Below, piece after piece: positions 44,269 to 56,083 of a DNA stretch of 64,000 nt (the stretch's first letter is position 1; every line of letters begins with the position of its first letter). The notes under the pieces are model-generated. The model was not told the DNA's origin, ran no database searches, and was given only the letters and a program-made list of their open reading frames with translations. Source of the stretch: Rotaria socialis (Eukaryota). The position numbers and the translations under genes were made by a program. Location: the NCBI GenBank assembly GCA_905331295.1, contig CAJNYD010000423.1, positions 1 through 64,000 on the forward strand, in the 5' to 3' direction.

Positions 44269-45321
44269 TCAAATTGTTTTATTAGATTTTATATTAAAGT
44301 TATTTGATTGCTGCAATTTCTTTATATATGAAGTACATGATTCATCGTGCTTATTGTTTAAATCTTCTGGATGTTCCTTTTCATAATTTTGCAAAAATAT
44401 CCATAAAATATTAGCAGCGTATGTTTCTTGTTTATTCATTAATTGTACTAATTGATGAATGATTGGTAACCATGAAAGTTTGTATCGGTCCCAGGAAAAA
44501 CCAAGTGTTATTGAATTTTTCAGATTAATGATACTAAAAGAATGATATGATTTATCAAGTTTTTCTAAATGTGAATGAAAAAGCTCTCGTAACGATATCA
44601 ACGATATATTAAGGATAAATTCCGTTAAGTAACCTATATAAGCATCATCCGATATTCCACGTTTTATACAATTATGTGGTAAGATAGTTTTGTTAACATG
44701 TGGACGAAGTTTTTCAAGTAATGCAACTGAAAAACATACACCAGCACCATATGTTGCAAATGTATATGTTCGATTTTCTTTCGCAGTTCTCAATCGATAA
44801 TCTATGCTTGTTCTGCCAATATAATGTGGTTCAGATGAATCAATTTTCGATAAAAATTTATATAAATTATTTAGATTAACATATTGATCATCATCAAAAC
44901 GACACATCCATTCAAGAGTGGGTTTTGTTTGAGATAGATTATAGAATAGTTCGAACTCATGTGCTGTTTTACAACATAAATCAAATCGATTATGGGTTTC
45001 AGGACAGTTTGTTTCAATTACATTTTTAAATGAATTTAGTATTGTTTGACCAGAATATTTTGGCACACTATCTGTTAACAGATAGATATTGGATTGTTCG
45101 GATAAGCTTGATGGAATCCAACTTTGTAATAGATAAATTAAGCGTGATTGACAGTGATATGATGTGCGAACAAGAATAATCGTTTGATCAACAATGTTCG
45201 GTGTAAAATTGGATCTATGTCGCGTTATTAATGATGTTACTATAAAAGAAAAAGTTATTATGGTGAGAAGAATCGTGATTGGAGTACAACGCAATAAAAC
45301 ACGATTTCTACGACGACACAT
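44269..45321 (-). CDS. Fringe-like glycosyltransferase (GT31), intronless, 350 aa
   Basis: Type II signal anchor, TNCPETH...LCCKT, WMCRFDDDQYVN, YIGR, FATYGAGVCFS, DDAYIG, LFHSHLE. Confidence 0.9.
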   Translation of the reverse strand: MCRRRNRVLLRCTPITILLTIITFSFIVTSLITRHRSNFTPNIVDQTIILVRTSYHCQSRLIYLLQSWIPSSLSEQSNIYLLTDSVPKYSGQTILNSFKNVIETNCPETHNRFDLCCKTAHEFELFYNLSQTKPTLEWMCRFDDDQYVNLNNLYKFLSKIDSSEPHYIGRTSIDYRLRTAKENRTYTFATYGAGVCFSVALLEKLRPHVNKTILPHNCIKRGISDDAYIGYLTEFILNISLISLRELFHSHLEKLDKSYHSFSIINLKNSITLGFSWDRYKLSWLPIIHQLVQLMNKQETYAANILWIFLQNYEKEHPEDLNNKHDESCTSYIKKLQQSNNFNIKSNKTI

Positions 45322-45467
45322 CGAGGAATGAATGTGTAATCATATTATATGAAAAGGAGAGAATAAAAAATGATATTTGACACGTTCGTATCAATTTCTC
45401 TTTAGCTTCTTTTATACAAATAAAAATATTTAATATGGTACGAAAAAGGAGGAAAGCGAGACGAGGG

Positions 45468-45759
45468 GTGTCCAAGGACTGAGAATTAGGAATTCCTCCT
45501 CAATTCCACTACAGTTCATTGCATACTGAAGGTAAAAATATGGAATTTTGTTCTTACACTCATGTTCACCTACAAAATTGTGAGAATCAATAGTTCCGCG
45601 CACAAATTATTTAAAGAAAAAGTAATATCGCGACTTTCGTGATTGGTGGAACTGTGAGGGAACCAATGATTGATTCTCATTTTCTCTAGGGATTATCACA
45701 GCGGCACTGACAATTTCGCGGTAGATTAGAAATTCCTATTTATCAGTTCTTGGACACTG
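45468..45759. mobile_element. Degenerate hAT-like MITE upstream of the fringe-like gene
   Basis: gtgtccaaggactgagaattaggaattcct pairs with agaaattcctatttatcagttcttggacactg. No intact TSD. Confidence 0.5.
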
Positions 45760-48700
45760 CTGAACATATTGGTACATATCGATACATATGGATAGAATTC
45801 TCTCAGTGAAGAATTTCACCTTTTCTTTAAGAAGTCAAGATTCGAGCTTCGCATCGCATTTTCATATTTGCTTCGAACTTCAATAACATGCAGTTCATGA
45901 ATAAAATTGCAATTATTTACTGAGCGATTTCATTTCGTCTTCAAGAAAAAAGAAGAATTTCTCGCCTTTTTGTTACCTTGTTGCTTGCAGTATTGTCTAC
46001 AAACATTTTCAATGAAACAGATATTTACTTATATGAATTACGATATGTAGGCCTGGACTAGAGATGCACAAAGCTAGTTCTGATTCTGGTCCTGCACATC
46101 TCATGTGTTGGTTCAAACCAAAAAGAGGAGATCATGTTTAAAAGTATTGCTTCTCTTGAATGCGAAAACTATTTGTTTTATTAATGAGTATTTTTATGAC
46201 AGGTTCATATCACATGAAATAAAATGTCCACGAGAAAAATGAAATGAGCGATTGCAGAGCGAAACAAATAGGGTTCTTTTACATTTATTATAATTCGTTG
46301 AATGTTATTTGGCATAACATTCTATTTTTGCTAGAATCAAGATTGCTATTAGTTAAGATGTATGATATTTATAGGGAAGAAACATATACGATATTGGTAT
46401 TTCTCGCTGTGCGTATGTAATTATATGAAAGTATTTGCTATGAGAAATTCTATCTTTTAACAATAAATACTATAGGTAATAAGAATCTTAGCTTATATGT
46501 AAAAATTAACATGCTTGAGCATACACTAGGGAAAAAAGTCACATCAGTAAGAATTTCTGTCAGATGTATTTCGTTTCGGCAAACAAGTTGTCGTTAAGAT
46601 GAAAGAAACCATAAAATAGTCGCCATGCGCAATGGCACAAAGGTATCGATTTTGATGTTGAGTAAAAAGAAGATTGAAAATGTGTAAAAGCTAAAGTGTA
46701 TATTTTATGAATACAATCTACTCTTTTACTCTAGATTCGATAAGTTCATTTTAATGATGATAGTGATAAAGTCTTATGGGGAAAGAAAATTTGTGTATAC
46801 AGTACACCCGTGCATGTTGACTGATCTACTGTGATTGAGATATTTATGTACTTTGAAAAATGACACTATTAAATTAATTCAAGAATTAAAATTATTTAAA
46901 GAGTAATTCTTTACTCTTTGCAATAATTGGAAGCAGTTTTTCATCAATAGCTTATATACAGACGGTATAAAAAAAGCATACCTCCACTGAATATGTTGTC
47001 CATTTTTATGCTCCAAGTAATTTAAATTATAGATATACTTATTTTCTTTTAAACATACGTACTCAGTTCTTTTTGCTATAGAATCACTACACAAATATTA
47101 ACACATAGTTATTATATTTTCAAGTATGTAGTTCACTTATTAACGACATGCTAACGTTAACTGAGTTATCGTTGATGAATGAACTCGAAAGTAATAGATC
47201 ATAGGGTCATTTATTTTAGGTCCATTGTTTTCAACACGATCAGTTCAAAATAATTAGTATGGATTCATAATTTAAAAAGTACTAATAACTATCCTTCTTC
47301 ATTTTCCTTGTCAAGCTCAGCAAATATAGTTTCCTTCTTTATCTGGCATACAACGTCAAATTTTTGGTTTTGATGAGAGTAAATACGTAATACACACGAA
47401 ACAAAAAGCACATATTTAGTTGGCAACGTTTTTTTTGTTATAAATGTCACATTTGTTAAAAATTCTCATAACACGTCCTTTATTTTTACTTTAAGTAATC
47501 TCGAAACCATATCCTGTTACACCATATAAACGTGCGTCATATACTTTACGTAATTGTTGTAATCGAAGTATTTGTCGGATTCATTTCAATGAACATGATG
47601 ACATGCTTAACTCTCAATTAAATTCCTTAGCTAAGAATTTCTAATCATTAGACGATTGAGTTATATCTATAAATATTGAGAAGATGATCTATGAGAATCA
47701 TCAAAAACTTTATCTATGACGTATAAATTATTGTCACATAATCGAACTTTTTACAAAGAAAAATATGAATAATGTGATCGATATACAAGAGCAAAATAAG
47801 ACTAATAGCGAAACGAATGCTTTTTCTACGTTTAAAACTGGCTGATCAGATCGATAAATACGAAACAAGAAAATACTATATGAAGTCACTGACATTAGCG
47901 GCAGATACTTTAGAATAAAAATTGAATGAAATCGAACACATCTGCATTCATCTTGTGGTAGGCTTATCAATAATAATTAGATGATAGTTTGATTTAGATT
48001 GGAAAATCAAAGATTTATCCGATTGATTTATTAAATATTGTAGACAGCACGGTCAATTGATTACGTAGAATTGTCAATTCAGTAGCGAGTAATGATCAAT
48101 TTGTTCTGACATGTGTTGATTCGAATTTATTTCTAGTCAATAAAACTTACTCAATAGTGAAACAACGAAAAAAGAAATAATGGCGGTATCGAAGACATAT
48201 CTTGATTCAAGATATTTTTGCTACTTTTTTTTATAGATATGTTTAAAAAATGTGAACACCTAGAGTTTTTTTTTTATTACAAGAGGCGCATTTTCTAGTT
48301 TTAATCCAAAGAAATCAATTTAGATTATACCGAAAATAAAATGACATTCTTCTTCTGGAGTGATCAACAAATTATTAACAATTAAGTCAACTGTTCTATA
48401 TTAATGGTGATACACTGCAATTTAAAAAGCATGCTATTTTTGTGAATACAAACTTTATCTTCAAATCGATGTCGAACAAGAATTGATTATGATCATTTAA
48501 ACCAAATCATGTGTTGCATTTGTAAAAAATGAGTAAAGAGAAATATTAGATTCTCAAAAATTTGAAGAAATCATTTGTAAAAATAAGTTACACTGATGCT
48601 GCAATAATATGAGGACAATTTTTTCTAGCTAGTACATTAAAAGATCAAGATTATTAATTTTTTTAAGAACAAGAGGTTTAACATTGTTACAAAAACGATC

Positions 48701-49118
48701 GTGCATCTACGCGTGCAATTAATTTTTGAAAAGCAGACAATATGAAATGAATAGTAGAGGTATTTAGTGATCAGAATACAGCCATACAACAATTCTATCG
48801 ACAACATATGAAATCTGATGTAATAAAAATTTTTGTTTGATTTTTATTTCACACCGACCGGTTTAGTCGGTAAAGTTAACTCGAAAAAGAAAAATTGACA
48901 AGAATCACACCTATTTGATAATATATGTAGGCTCTTATGATCATTTGAATTCATTGGTTGAAAAAAGTACTAAGATAAGTTATTTTGACTTGATACTTAC
49001 ATATTAAATTAGAATAAAAATTAGAAAAAGTTGACAAAATAATCTTGTATAAGAAGATTTGTATGTTCATAGGGCCAAATGAAAAACTTTTCTAATGCAT
49101 GACTCGGAGTGACTCGGA

Positions 49119-49707
49119 TTAGAGTCCTGCAGGACAACCTTCCCCTAGCCTTGCCCTGTCCTGCACGGCAGGGTAAGGTTTCAAAAAAAATATATAGGAT
49201 ACAAGTAGGGTGTAGCTCACACAAATAAAAATTTTATAGAGTAGAACTTAATATATATTTCTGACATCTTTTTGATCAAAAACAGTGTAAGAAGTGATAT
49301 CATAATCAAAATTCATTAGATAGAATAGCAGCAAACGGAAAACAATGACCTATTTTTTAGTACTATTTTTCACATAAGCTGACGAGTTCAGTCACTTTTG
49401 ATTATTTGTCGAGTAAATGTGCATGTAAATGTAATAAAAAAAGTCTTCGAAATCATCTCGACATGAACGTATTTTTAATGCAAACGGGCGAATTTTGGAA
49501 GAGAGAAGACAAAATTTAAGTGGTGATGTTGTAAACAGAGATGCCGAATAAATCACTTTTCTCAATCCGAGGGTTGACCCTACGGTAGCTGATAGAGAAA
49601 ACAGATGGGTTTCAACCCAATTTTTATTTCTATTTAAGCGAGTGGGTCATTGAGTTGGGTTGAGCCCTTCAACCCAACCCGCCGGGTAACCTATTGGGTT
49701 AACCCTG
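49119..49707. mobile_element. Truncated or chimeric copy of the TAGAGTCCTGCAGG hAT MITE
   Basis: ~49120-49533 matches 57179-~57643 closely. It then switches to gggtt/aaccc repeats ending gggttaaccctg. Confidence 0.7.
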
Positions 49708-50069
49708 GTTATAATGCATTTCAATTCTCTGCTATGTGTAAAAATTGTACACTGCTAATAGAGGTCTATGGCTATCAACAGATTTCTATTACATTAGTGA
49801 ACGAAATCATTTTCATTTGAGCGAATAAATTCACCAATAAAAATAAACTGAAGAGTTATTATTATTCATTTGTATGTAATATAATATAAAATTAATCGAA
49901 TCTAAAATTTTATTTAGAAGTAGTGTCATTAAACAAAATTGTACTGATCCGAAATCGATATCTATATAGTGATGTATTTCTCTAATATATTGAAAACAAC
50001 AGTGATGACTTCCAAAAGTTTTAGTTCTTTTAAGTCAATGTAAAACTAAAATAAAAACTAATAGCTCAA

Positions 50070-50235
50070 CAGGACTGGCTTGAGGCAGCAAACATTGGGA
50101 GTTTGTGTCGGATTTTTCTAATAAGAGTACCACTTTTTCTAACAGAAGACAAGAAAACATTTTCGGCTGCACTGAAAAAAACAAAAGTTTTCGATTATTG
50201 GGGGTTGTCACAACTCTCGAGACAGGCCAGTCCTG
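50070..50235. mobile_element. Tiny hAT-like MITE
   Basis: TIRs caggactggc / gccagtcctg. Flanks tagctcaa and gaactcag may be a decayed 8-bp TSD. Confidence 0.45.
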
Positions 50236-50509
50236 GAACTCAGCCAGCACGGTGTACTAATGTAAAATTATGATAGAAATCGCTCGAGATGTATTCTGAA
50301 CAACAGCAATCGAAGAATATAGGAGGCATAAAAAGATCTAGTAAAGAAGATAGTGAAATCTGCCTCTATAGCAGAAGGGCAAAAGAGACATGAAACAGAG
50401 AAGGGAAGAAGAAAATAGATGATTACAAGAAAGAGATATAAAGCAGAGATCATAAGAAAATAAAATCCGATTCTTGTCTGTTACGTTTGACAATCAGCAA
50501 TGATGGAAT

Positions 50510-51863
50510 CAGGCCTCCATATGGGATGGGATAGGATGAAGGTCTAATCTCATGGGAAATGTGATTATTTTTTAAAGAAAAAATGACTATTCATTTATGT
50601 CACACTTGACAGTAGGTGAAAAATGTGAATATTATCATTCTTTTTCTGTACTGGTCATTAACCCAACTCCGAGCTCTATTGGAACAATTGAATAAAGAAT
50701 ACGATAAAACATAGAAAACAGAAATAAATAGAAATGTTCTTTGTGTTTCAATGTTTTAATAAAATATCATCATCTTTTGTTTTATGAATTGTTCAATGTC
50801 GCCTTCTATAATTATTTCTTCCTCATTATCATCCTTAGTTTTGGATGAACAGGAATATTCAGTTGAGAAAATCAAATTTCGTTTACAACATCACAAGCAG
50901 AATTAAATGGTATTGATAATGATATTCCAACCAGGAATGCAGCAATTTCTAGTACATGGTACGATAGATAAAACTTTTGACTAATGTAGGAGGCAGCCCT
51001 CCTCTGATATCGTTCCTTATATCAGCCAAGATCTGTTTTCTTCGACCTATGAAAAACTATGATCCAAATTTATTAAAGATGAAAAAGCGTTTTTGGATTT
51101 GACTCCCAATTCTAATTTTCAAGTCGTTTTCCGTCAAATTCTGCCAAATCCGACTTAGTTGCAGGCTTTCAATTTGCATTACACAAATTCTAAGAATTGA
51201 TTTGAAAAAAGTGTTCAAAGTCGAACAGAAAAATATGAAGAAAGAGATGTTCGATCGATAATTCTCACAACCGGGCACGTCATTTTTAAGTAGTGAAAAG
51301 ATCAAATCCCGTCAATTTCTTGAATTTTTTATCCAATGTTTACATGTTTTCAGCATTGAGCGTTATGGACTAAGCCTCTTGTTACTTATTTTTTTTCTGT
51401 TCAGTTTTGAACGTTCTTTTCAAATCTATTCTTAGAATTTGTGTAATGCAAATTGCAAGTCTAAAATTGAATTGGATTTGACCGAAAACGACTTGAAAAT
51501 TCAAACTCTGGGTCAAATCCGAAAACGTTTTCTAATCTTTCATAAATCTCGGCTATCGTTTTACATAGAGCAAAAAAAATGGTCTTGCCTGCTATATGGA
51601 ATCAGAGGACAACTCCATTCTATATTAGGCAAAACTGTCATCTTTCTTGCAATGTACTAGGAATTGGTGCATCCCTAATTCCAACATTCAAATCGGTATG
51701 TTGGAAAGCTTCGAATTTCCAGTTAGAAAAAATAAACCTTGATTTTCAGCAAGATTTTTCGTAATATAGCGAATCCCATGGGAGCCCGTGGGATGGTATG
51801 GGACGACTTGCATTATCCCACGGGACGAAAATTTCGTTCCGTCCCATCCCATTAGGAGCCCTG
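50510..51863 (-). mobile_element. Old hAT-derived element hosting a nested insertion
   Basis: Imperfect TIRs caggcctccatatgggatggga / tcccatcccattaggagccctg with cccatggga subterminal repeats. Removing the nested element gives a minus-strand WK...LSIPFNSA...E.*FS, resembling a hAT dimerisation motif. Confidence 0.6.
50932..51677. mobile_element. Nested hAT foldback element with 8-bp TSD
   Basis: TSD attccaac at 50924-50931 and 51678-51685. Termini caggaatgcagcaatttctagtacat / atgtactaggaattggtgcatcccta. Diverged arms of ~300 bp. Confidence 0.85.
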
Positions 51864-52777
51864 GGTGAGATATACGATTGTATACAATGAGTTAAGAGTT
51901 GCTCTGGTAATAAATGACCAATCTGGTAAGGCATTATTAGACAATGTCAATCCTTTTCGACCGAGTCAGTTAAATATCAATAACAATAACGATGTATTTC
52001 TCTCTTGCCGATTGATTAATGTGACTGATTGATCGCTAACTGGTATACATCACTTTTTTTATACGAGAGAAGGTAAAAAGCACAAAAGATTAGATGATTG
52101 CTAATAGTTTTCTTATAATATGAACTTAAGTTCAAACCATACTGACTATATGAATAGATGCAGCTGTTAACTTCTACAAGCTATATTTTATCTTTTCGAT
52201 AATTAGTAGAACTGTTTACCTCTATTTAAATTTCGTAGAAAGATATTTTCAAGGAAATAAATACTTATGAATACTATTTGTGTGACTAAACATCAATTAC
52301 AATAAATTATATTATTCACCTGTATAATTTCTTATGTTAATACGTACATATGGATGTTATAGAATACTAGATGCATAGTTCATTTATTAAGGAAATCAAA
52401 CTTGAACACATGAAAGCACTTATAACATATGATCATACGAAGTAAGATTATGAGAAGCAAATATTTGATTTCGATGGAAGGAGTGAATTTTTCGTTCCTT
52501 ACTATTGTTACTTCTGGAATTGATTATTATTTGGTTTTGAATCTTGATCTAACGAATGGAATGAACTCATTCATATTTTATTTAAGTTTTAATAGTATTC
52601 AGACTCGTCTTCGAAAATCTTAGTTTTTCCTTTACACAATTTTGCATGTATGAATTTTGTGTCATAAAGATTTCATAACTGATAAAGTTATCTTGTTGAA
52701 TAATCATAATTTAGATAATGTCATAGTCCAAGCGTTACAAATGCTTTATTTAAAAAAAATTTAATTGTCATAGTTCC

Positions 52778-54775
52778 TTATTTATTGATAAGTATAGCTT
52801 CAATAATAGAATGTGGTACTCAGGGATGCAGAATCTGCCGTAAAAAATACAAAATTTCCCCACACGGAACTTTTCTTTTTGGGAAATTTCCCCCACTATA
52901 AAATTGAATAATAAAGCAAGGAATTCTCGTTTAAGATGTAGGTATATCCTTAAAAAAATTGTCAATAGTCTATGACTTGTTCTTTCATAATTCTTGCCAT
53001 TGATGTTCTAAGTTTCTCAAAAACCTACCGACTGTCTAAATATAACAGAAGCAGCTTATATACTTCATGTAAAGATTACAGAAAAAAATTGAATTTATCT
53101 ATATGTACCAACAGGTGCTTCATATAACTCTTGTAGATTTAGCGTATCAACAAATCTAACACCACCTAAACTGCTTCGAATAAAAAACAAAGCAACTCTG
53201 TAAACAGTCAATCTAGCTTTTTCATTCTTTTTAAGAAAATCTTCAATGTTTGTTGTCTTTCATTTTGTTCTTGTGCACATCATGTATACAGTATGTGATT
53301 TGTTTGAAAAGTGTAATTCCACATTAGCTTTTAAACTTTGAAATCGGGGTGATAGAAGTTCATTTACTTTCTGTTTAATATGTTGAAAAATCTCAATGAA
53401 ATTTGATGACACCTAATAAATGTTTTGGTGGTTGTCTTTTCCAGATAGAACAAGGCATAATCGTGATTGTCTCTAAATTATTATTGATTTTTAAACCTCT
53501 CAGTATCAAGAAATCATCTCAGTATTTGATAGAATCCAGTCATTATCACATCACCCACTTGTGCATATGATGATGATTCTCTGTTGTTTTTTTCTACGTT
53601 AATATTGAAGGTGAAGTGGCAGTGCTGATTTATGGGTTTTGCTAAGCCAGGAGATTATAGAATGACATTTTCTTGCTGTTATTTTTCAAATTTATTCGCA
53701 TCCTCATAATCACCACTGGTAATTGTTCTGCTACTTTCAGTTGTTTCTTTATCACAATGATATCTGGTTAAGTTATTTTTAGGAATCGTTAATTTAAATA
53801 TTTCCTTACGGGTTTTTTTTTCTAATGTACGTTTACGTTATCTTTTCGTCCCACTCATCCACAATAAAAACATGATACCTGCTATTTACTAGAATACATT
53901 TCTATTATTCAGACATGCTAAATATTCTAAAAACTAAGAGGAAGCGAAACAAAAATGAGTGAAAAGAAAAGGTTTGCGAGTGACAAGGATCATATTATGC
54001 GTCATCTGTTCTATGATTGCAGATTAGTCATCATAGCGCTTGTATATGTATAGGAGTACACAATTACAACGATATGTAGTTATAGAGAAAAGACAACAAC
54101 TAGTGGCATTCGGTTAGGAAAAAACAAAACGAAAAGAGGAGAAAACAAATAGCCGTTTTTGCATCATAGTTACGTCCAAGAAAGAGCGAAAGATAAACAG
54201 TAGTGCGACGCATCATCAGCGTCAAACAAAGAAGAATATACTGAAACCGTGAGTAAGAAATGGATGGTTCTTTCAAAATTTACATAAAATAAAAGAAGAA
54301 AGATACATGATATGATCGATGCACATATAAATAAAACAAGATTCGTTTGGAAACATACTTGCTCCTGCACGCTTAGAAGAGAAAATATTTTTCCAAAAAT
54401 TTCCCCTGATGCTTAGGTTTGCAAAATTTTTCCCACACGGCCGTACGCACACACGGCTAGATTCTGCACCTCTGGTGGTACTTGAGGTGGATAAAATTGT
54501 TGGTAATCAAAACCAGCTTGTTTCCGTAGTCGCTGATATTCATCTAATGTTCGTTCTTGTCCTTTATTAAATAAAGTAGCCGTCGCCCAATCCATTGCAT
54601 GTGCTTGCCATTTGCTGATGTCTCCGTCTGGACTTATGACACATGCAATGATGAATATATTTGGCGGATGTTGGTTACGCGTTTTATCAACTCCACAAAT
54701 AGACGGTACTTTTTCATCATCGTAATTGTGTAAGATGAATTTTAGTAGATAAATATTTTCTTGTAGAATTGTCAA
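52778..54775 (-). pseudogene. O-methyltransferase (Methyltransf_2-like) 3' fragment interrupted by a hAT element
   Basis: IYLLKFILHNYDDEK...GQERTLDEY..L..QAGF at ~54755-54475. Removing 52821-54474 and one TSD copy restores QFYPPQVPHSIIEAILINK* with the stop at 52778-52780. The N-terminal part is not found. Confidence 0.8.
52821..54474. mobile_element. Non-autonomous hAT element, 1.65 kb
   Basis: TIRs cagggatgcagaatct / agattctgcacctctg. Perfect 8-bp TSD gtggtact at 52813-52820 and 54475-54482. No intact internal ORF. Confidence 0.88.
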
Positions 54776-55145
54776 GGGGGAAAGTGCGACTTTATGTACG
54801 TCAAAATGTTTATGAAGTACGATGGAAGTACAAGAGAGTACAGGTAAAGTACCGAAGAGTACTGTTAGCGTTAGTGATGTAACTTACTAACGCTAAACGA
54901 AGATTAAGATGTTCTTCTAATCTAACTGATTTGGACATCCTTCCGGATAGCGGAAGGTGTGGGCTCGAGTCCTACGAAGTTCACTTGCTCTTTGTTCTGC
55001 CACATAACATCAGTGACACTGCTTGTCTCTTTCACTCTTAATATATATTTCTTTCGTTCCTTTTATATCCTTTTCATTTTATACATATTAGCGCTAACAA
55101 GTACGGAAGTACAAAAGACACGCTCCCCACCCCCTTAGTTTGACA
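54770..55145. mobile_element. Small inverted-repeat element hosting a solo LTR
   Basis: tgtcaaggggg...gtac pairs imperfectly with gtac...cccccttagtttgaca. Internal agtac repeats. Confidence 0.5.
54863..55099. mobile_element. Solo LTR (237 bp)
   Basis: TG...CA ends with an 8-bp inverted repeat tgttagcg / cgctaaca. 5-bp TSD agtac at 54858-54862 and 55100-55104. Confidence 0.75.
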
Positions 55146-55608
55146 TTAGTGACTCAGGTGAATAAATGTAATAGAATTGAGTGTTGAACAGATGATTTAA
55201 TGTTGGTGTTGGTCAAATTGATTTCTGATTTGCTCTCGTGATTTTTATTGTAGATTTTCAATTTTTACGCCATATATCAGTAACTATTTTAGGGATTTTG
55301 AATAACATGTAGGAGTATATGAAACTATCATGGCGAACTGTGATCAGAAATTACGAAATAAAATATCATATTCTTCATATTTGTTGTGACAGAAATGTTA
55401 TAGAGCGCATATAGTCACTATTTTAAATATCGCAATTTACATATAATGGGCTCGTCAGAGGTACTCATGGAAACTCCTTCTTATTTGCGCAATAAATATT
55501 TTATTTTATTTATTTTCACTCAAAACAAAAGTTTAAGATAAAATATTTATTAGCTAATTAAGCATATACAATATACATAAATACGAACAAGCTAACTCAT
55601 TTGAGCAA

Positions 55609-56083
55609 TCAGTTAGATATTTGCCGTTGATTTGAGTATTCTAGGATTGCTCCAAGCCATATGCATAATTAAGAACACAGTCGCGAGATTTTAGCAATAT
55701 CGGCTGGCTGACAATCAGTTCGATCTAAAATTGATTTGAGTCTTTCTAATTGTTTATTGTTAATGTTACCCTTGTTGAAATCAAATAAACGTTGTAAAAA
55801 CTCGTGTTTACTTCCCGACATTAGGTTTTTATCATCTGTCCATTCCCATTGTTGTTTTGCTGGATTGAGTAAAATACCAACGCCTTCGAGTACAGCAAGA
55901 CAGCATAATGGCGGCTTAGCGGAAGATTTGAGTTCCTGAAAATCTGTTGAGGGTATTTGCCGAAGAGATTCCTCAATCACTGTGAAATACGTAGAGTAAA
56001 TCTTAATATAAAAAATTGTACAAAAAAGATTTACTAGCTAAAAAAATCGGAACTGTATTTTTATTTATGATAGTCGATGCCAT
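55609..56083 (-). pseudogene. Stand-alone dynein heavy-chain microtubule-binding domain mini-gene (~139 codons) with an internal TAA; exons 56083-56035 and 55979-55609
   Basis: SLRQIPSTDFQELKSSAKPPLCCLAVLEGVGILL...W...K.LM...FLQRLFDFNKGNI...L...QPADIAKISRLCS*LCIWLGAILEY follows the dynein stalk-tip pattern. 55-bp phase-1 intron 56034-55980. Confidence 0.75.

Noticed and set aside
50261..50427. TG...CA purine-rich stretch resembling a solo LTR
   Set aside because: No TSD and only trivial terminal complementarity.
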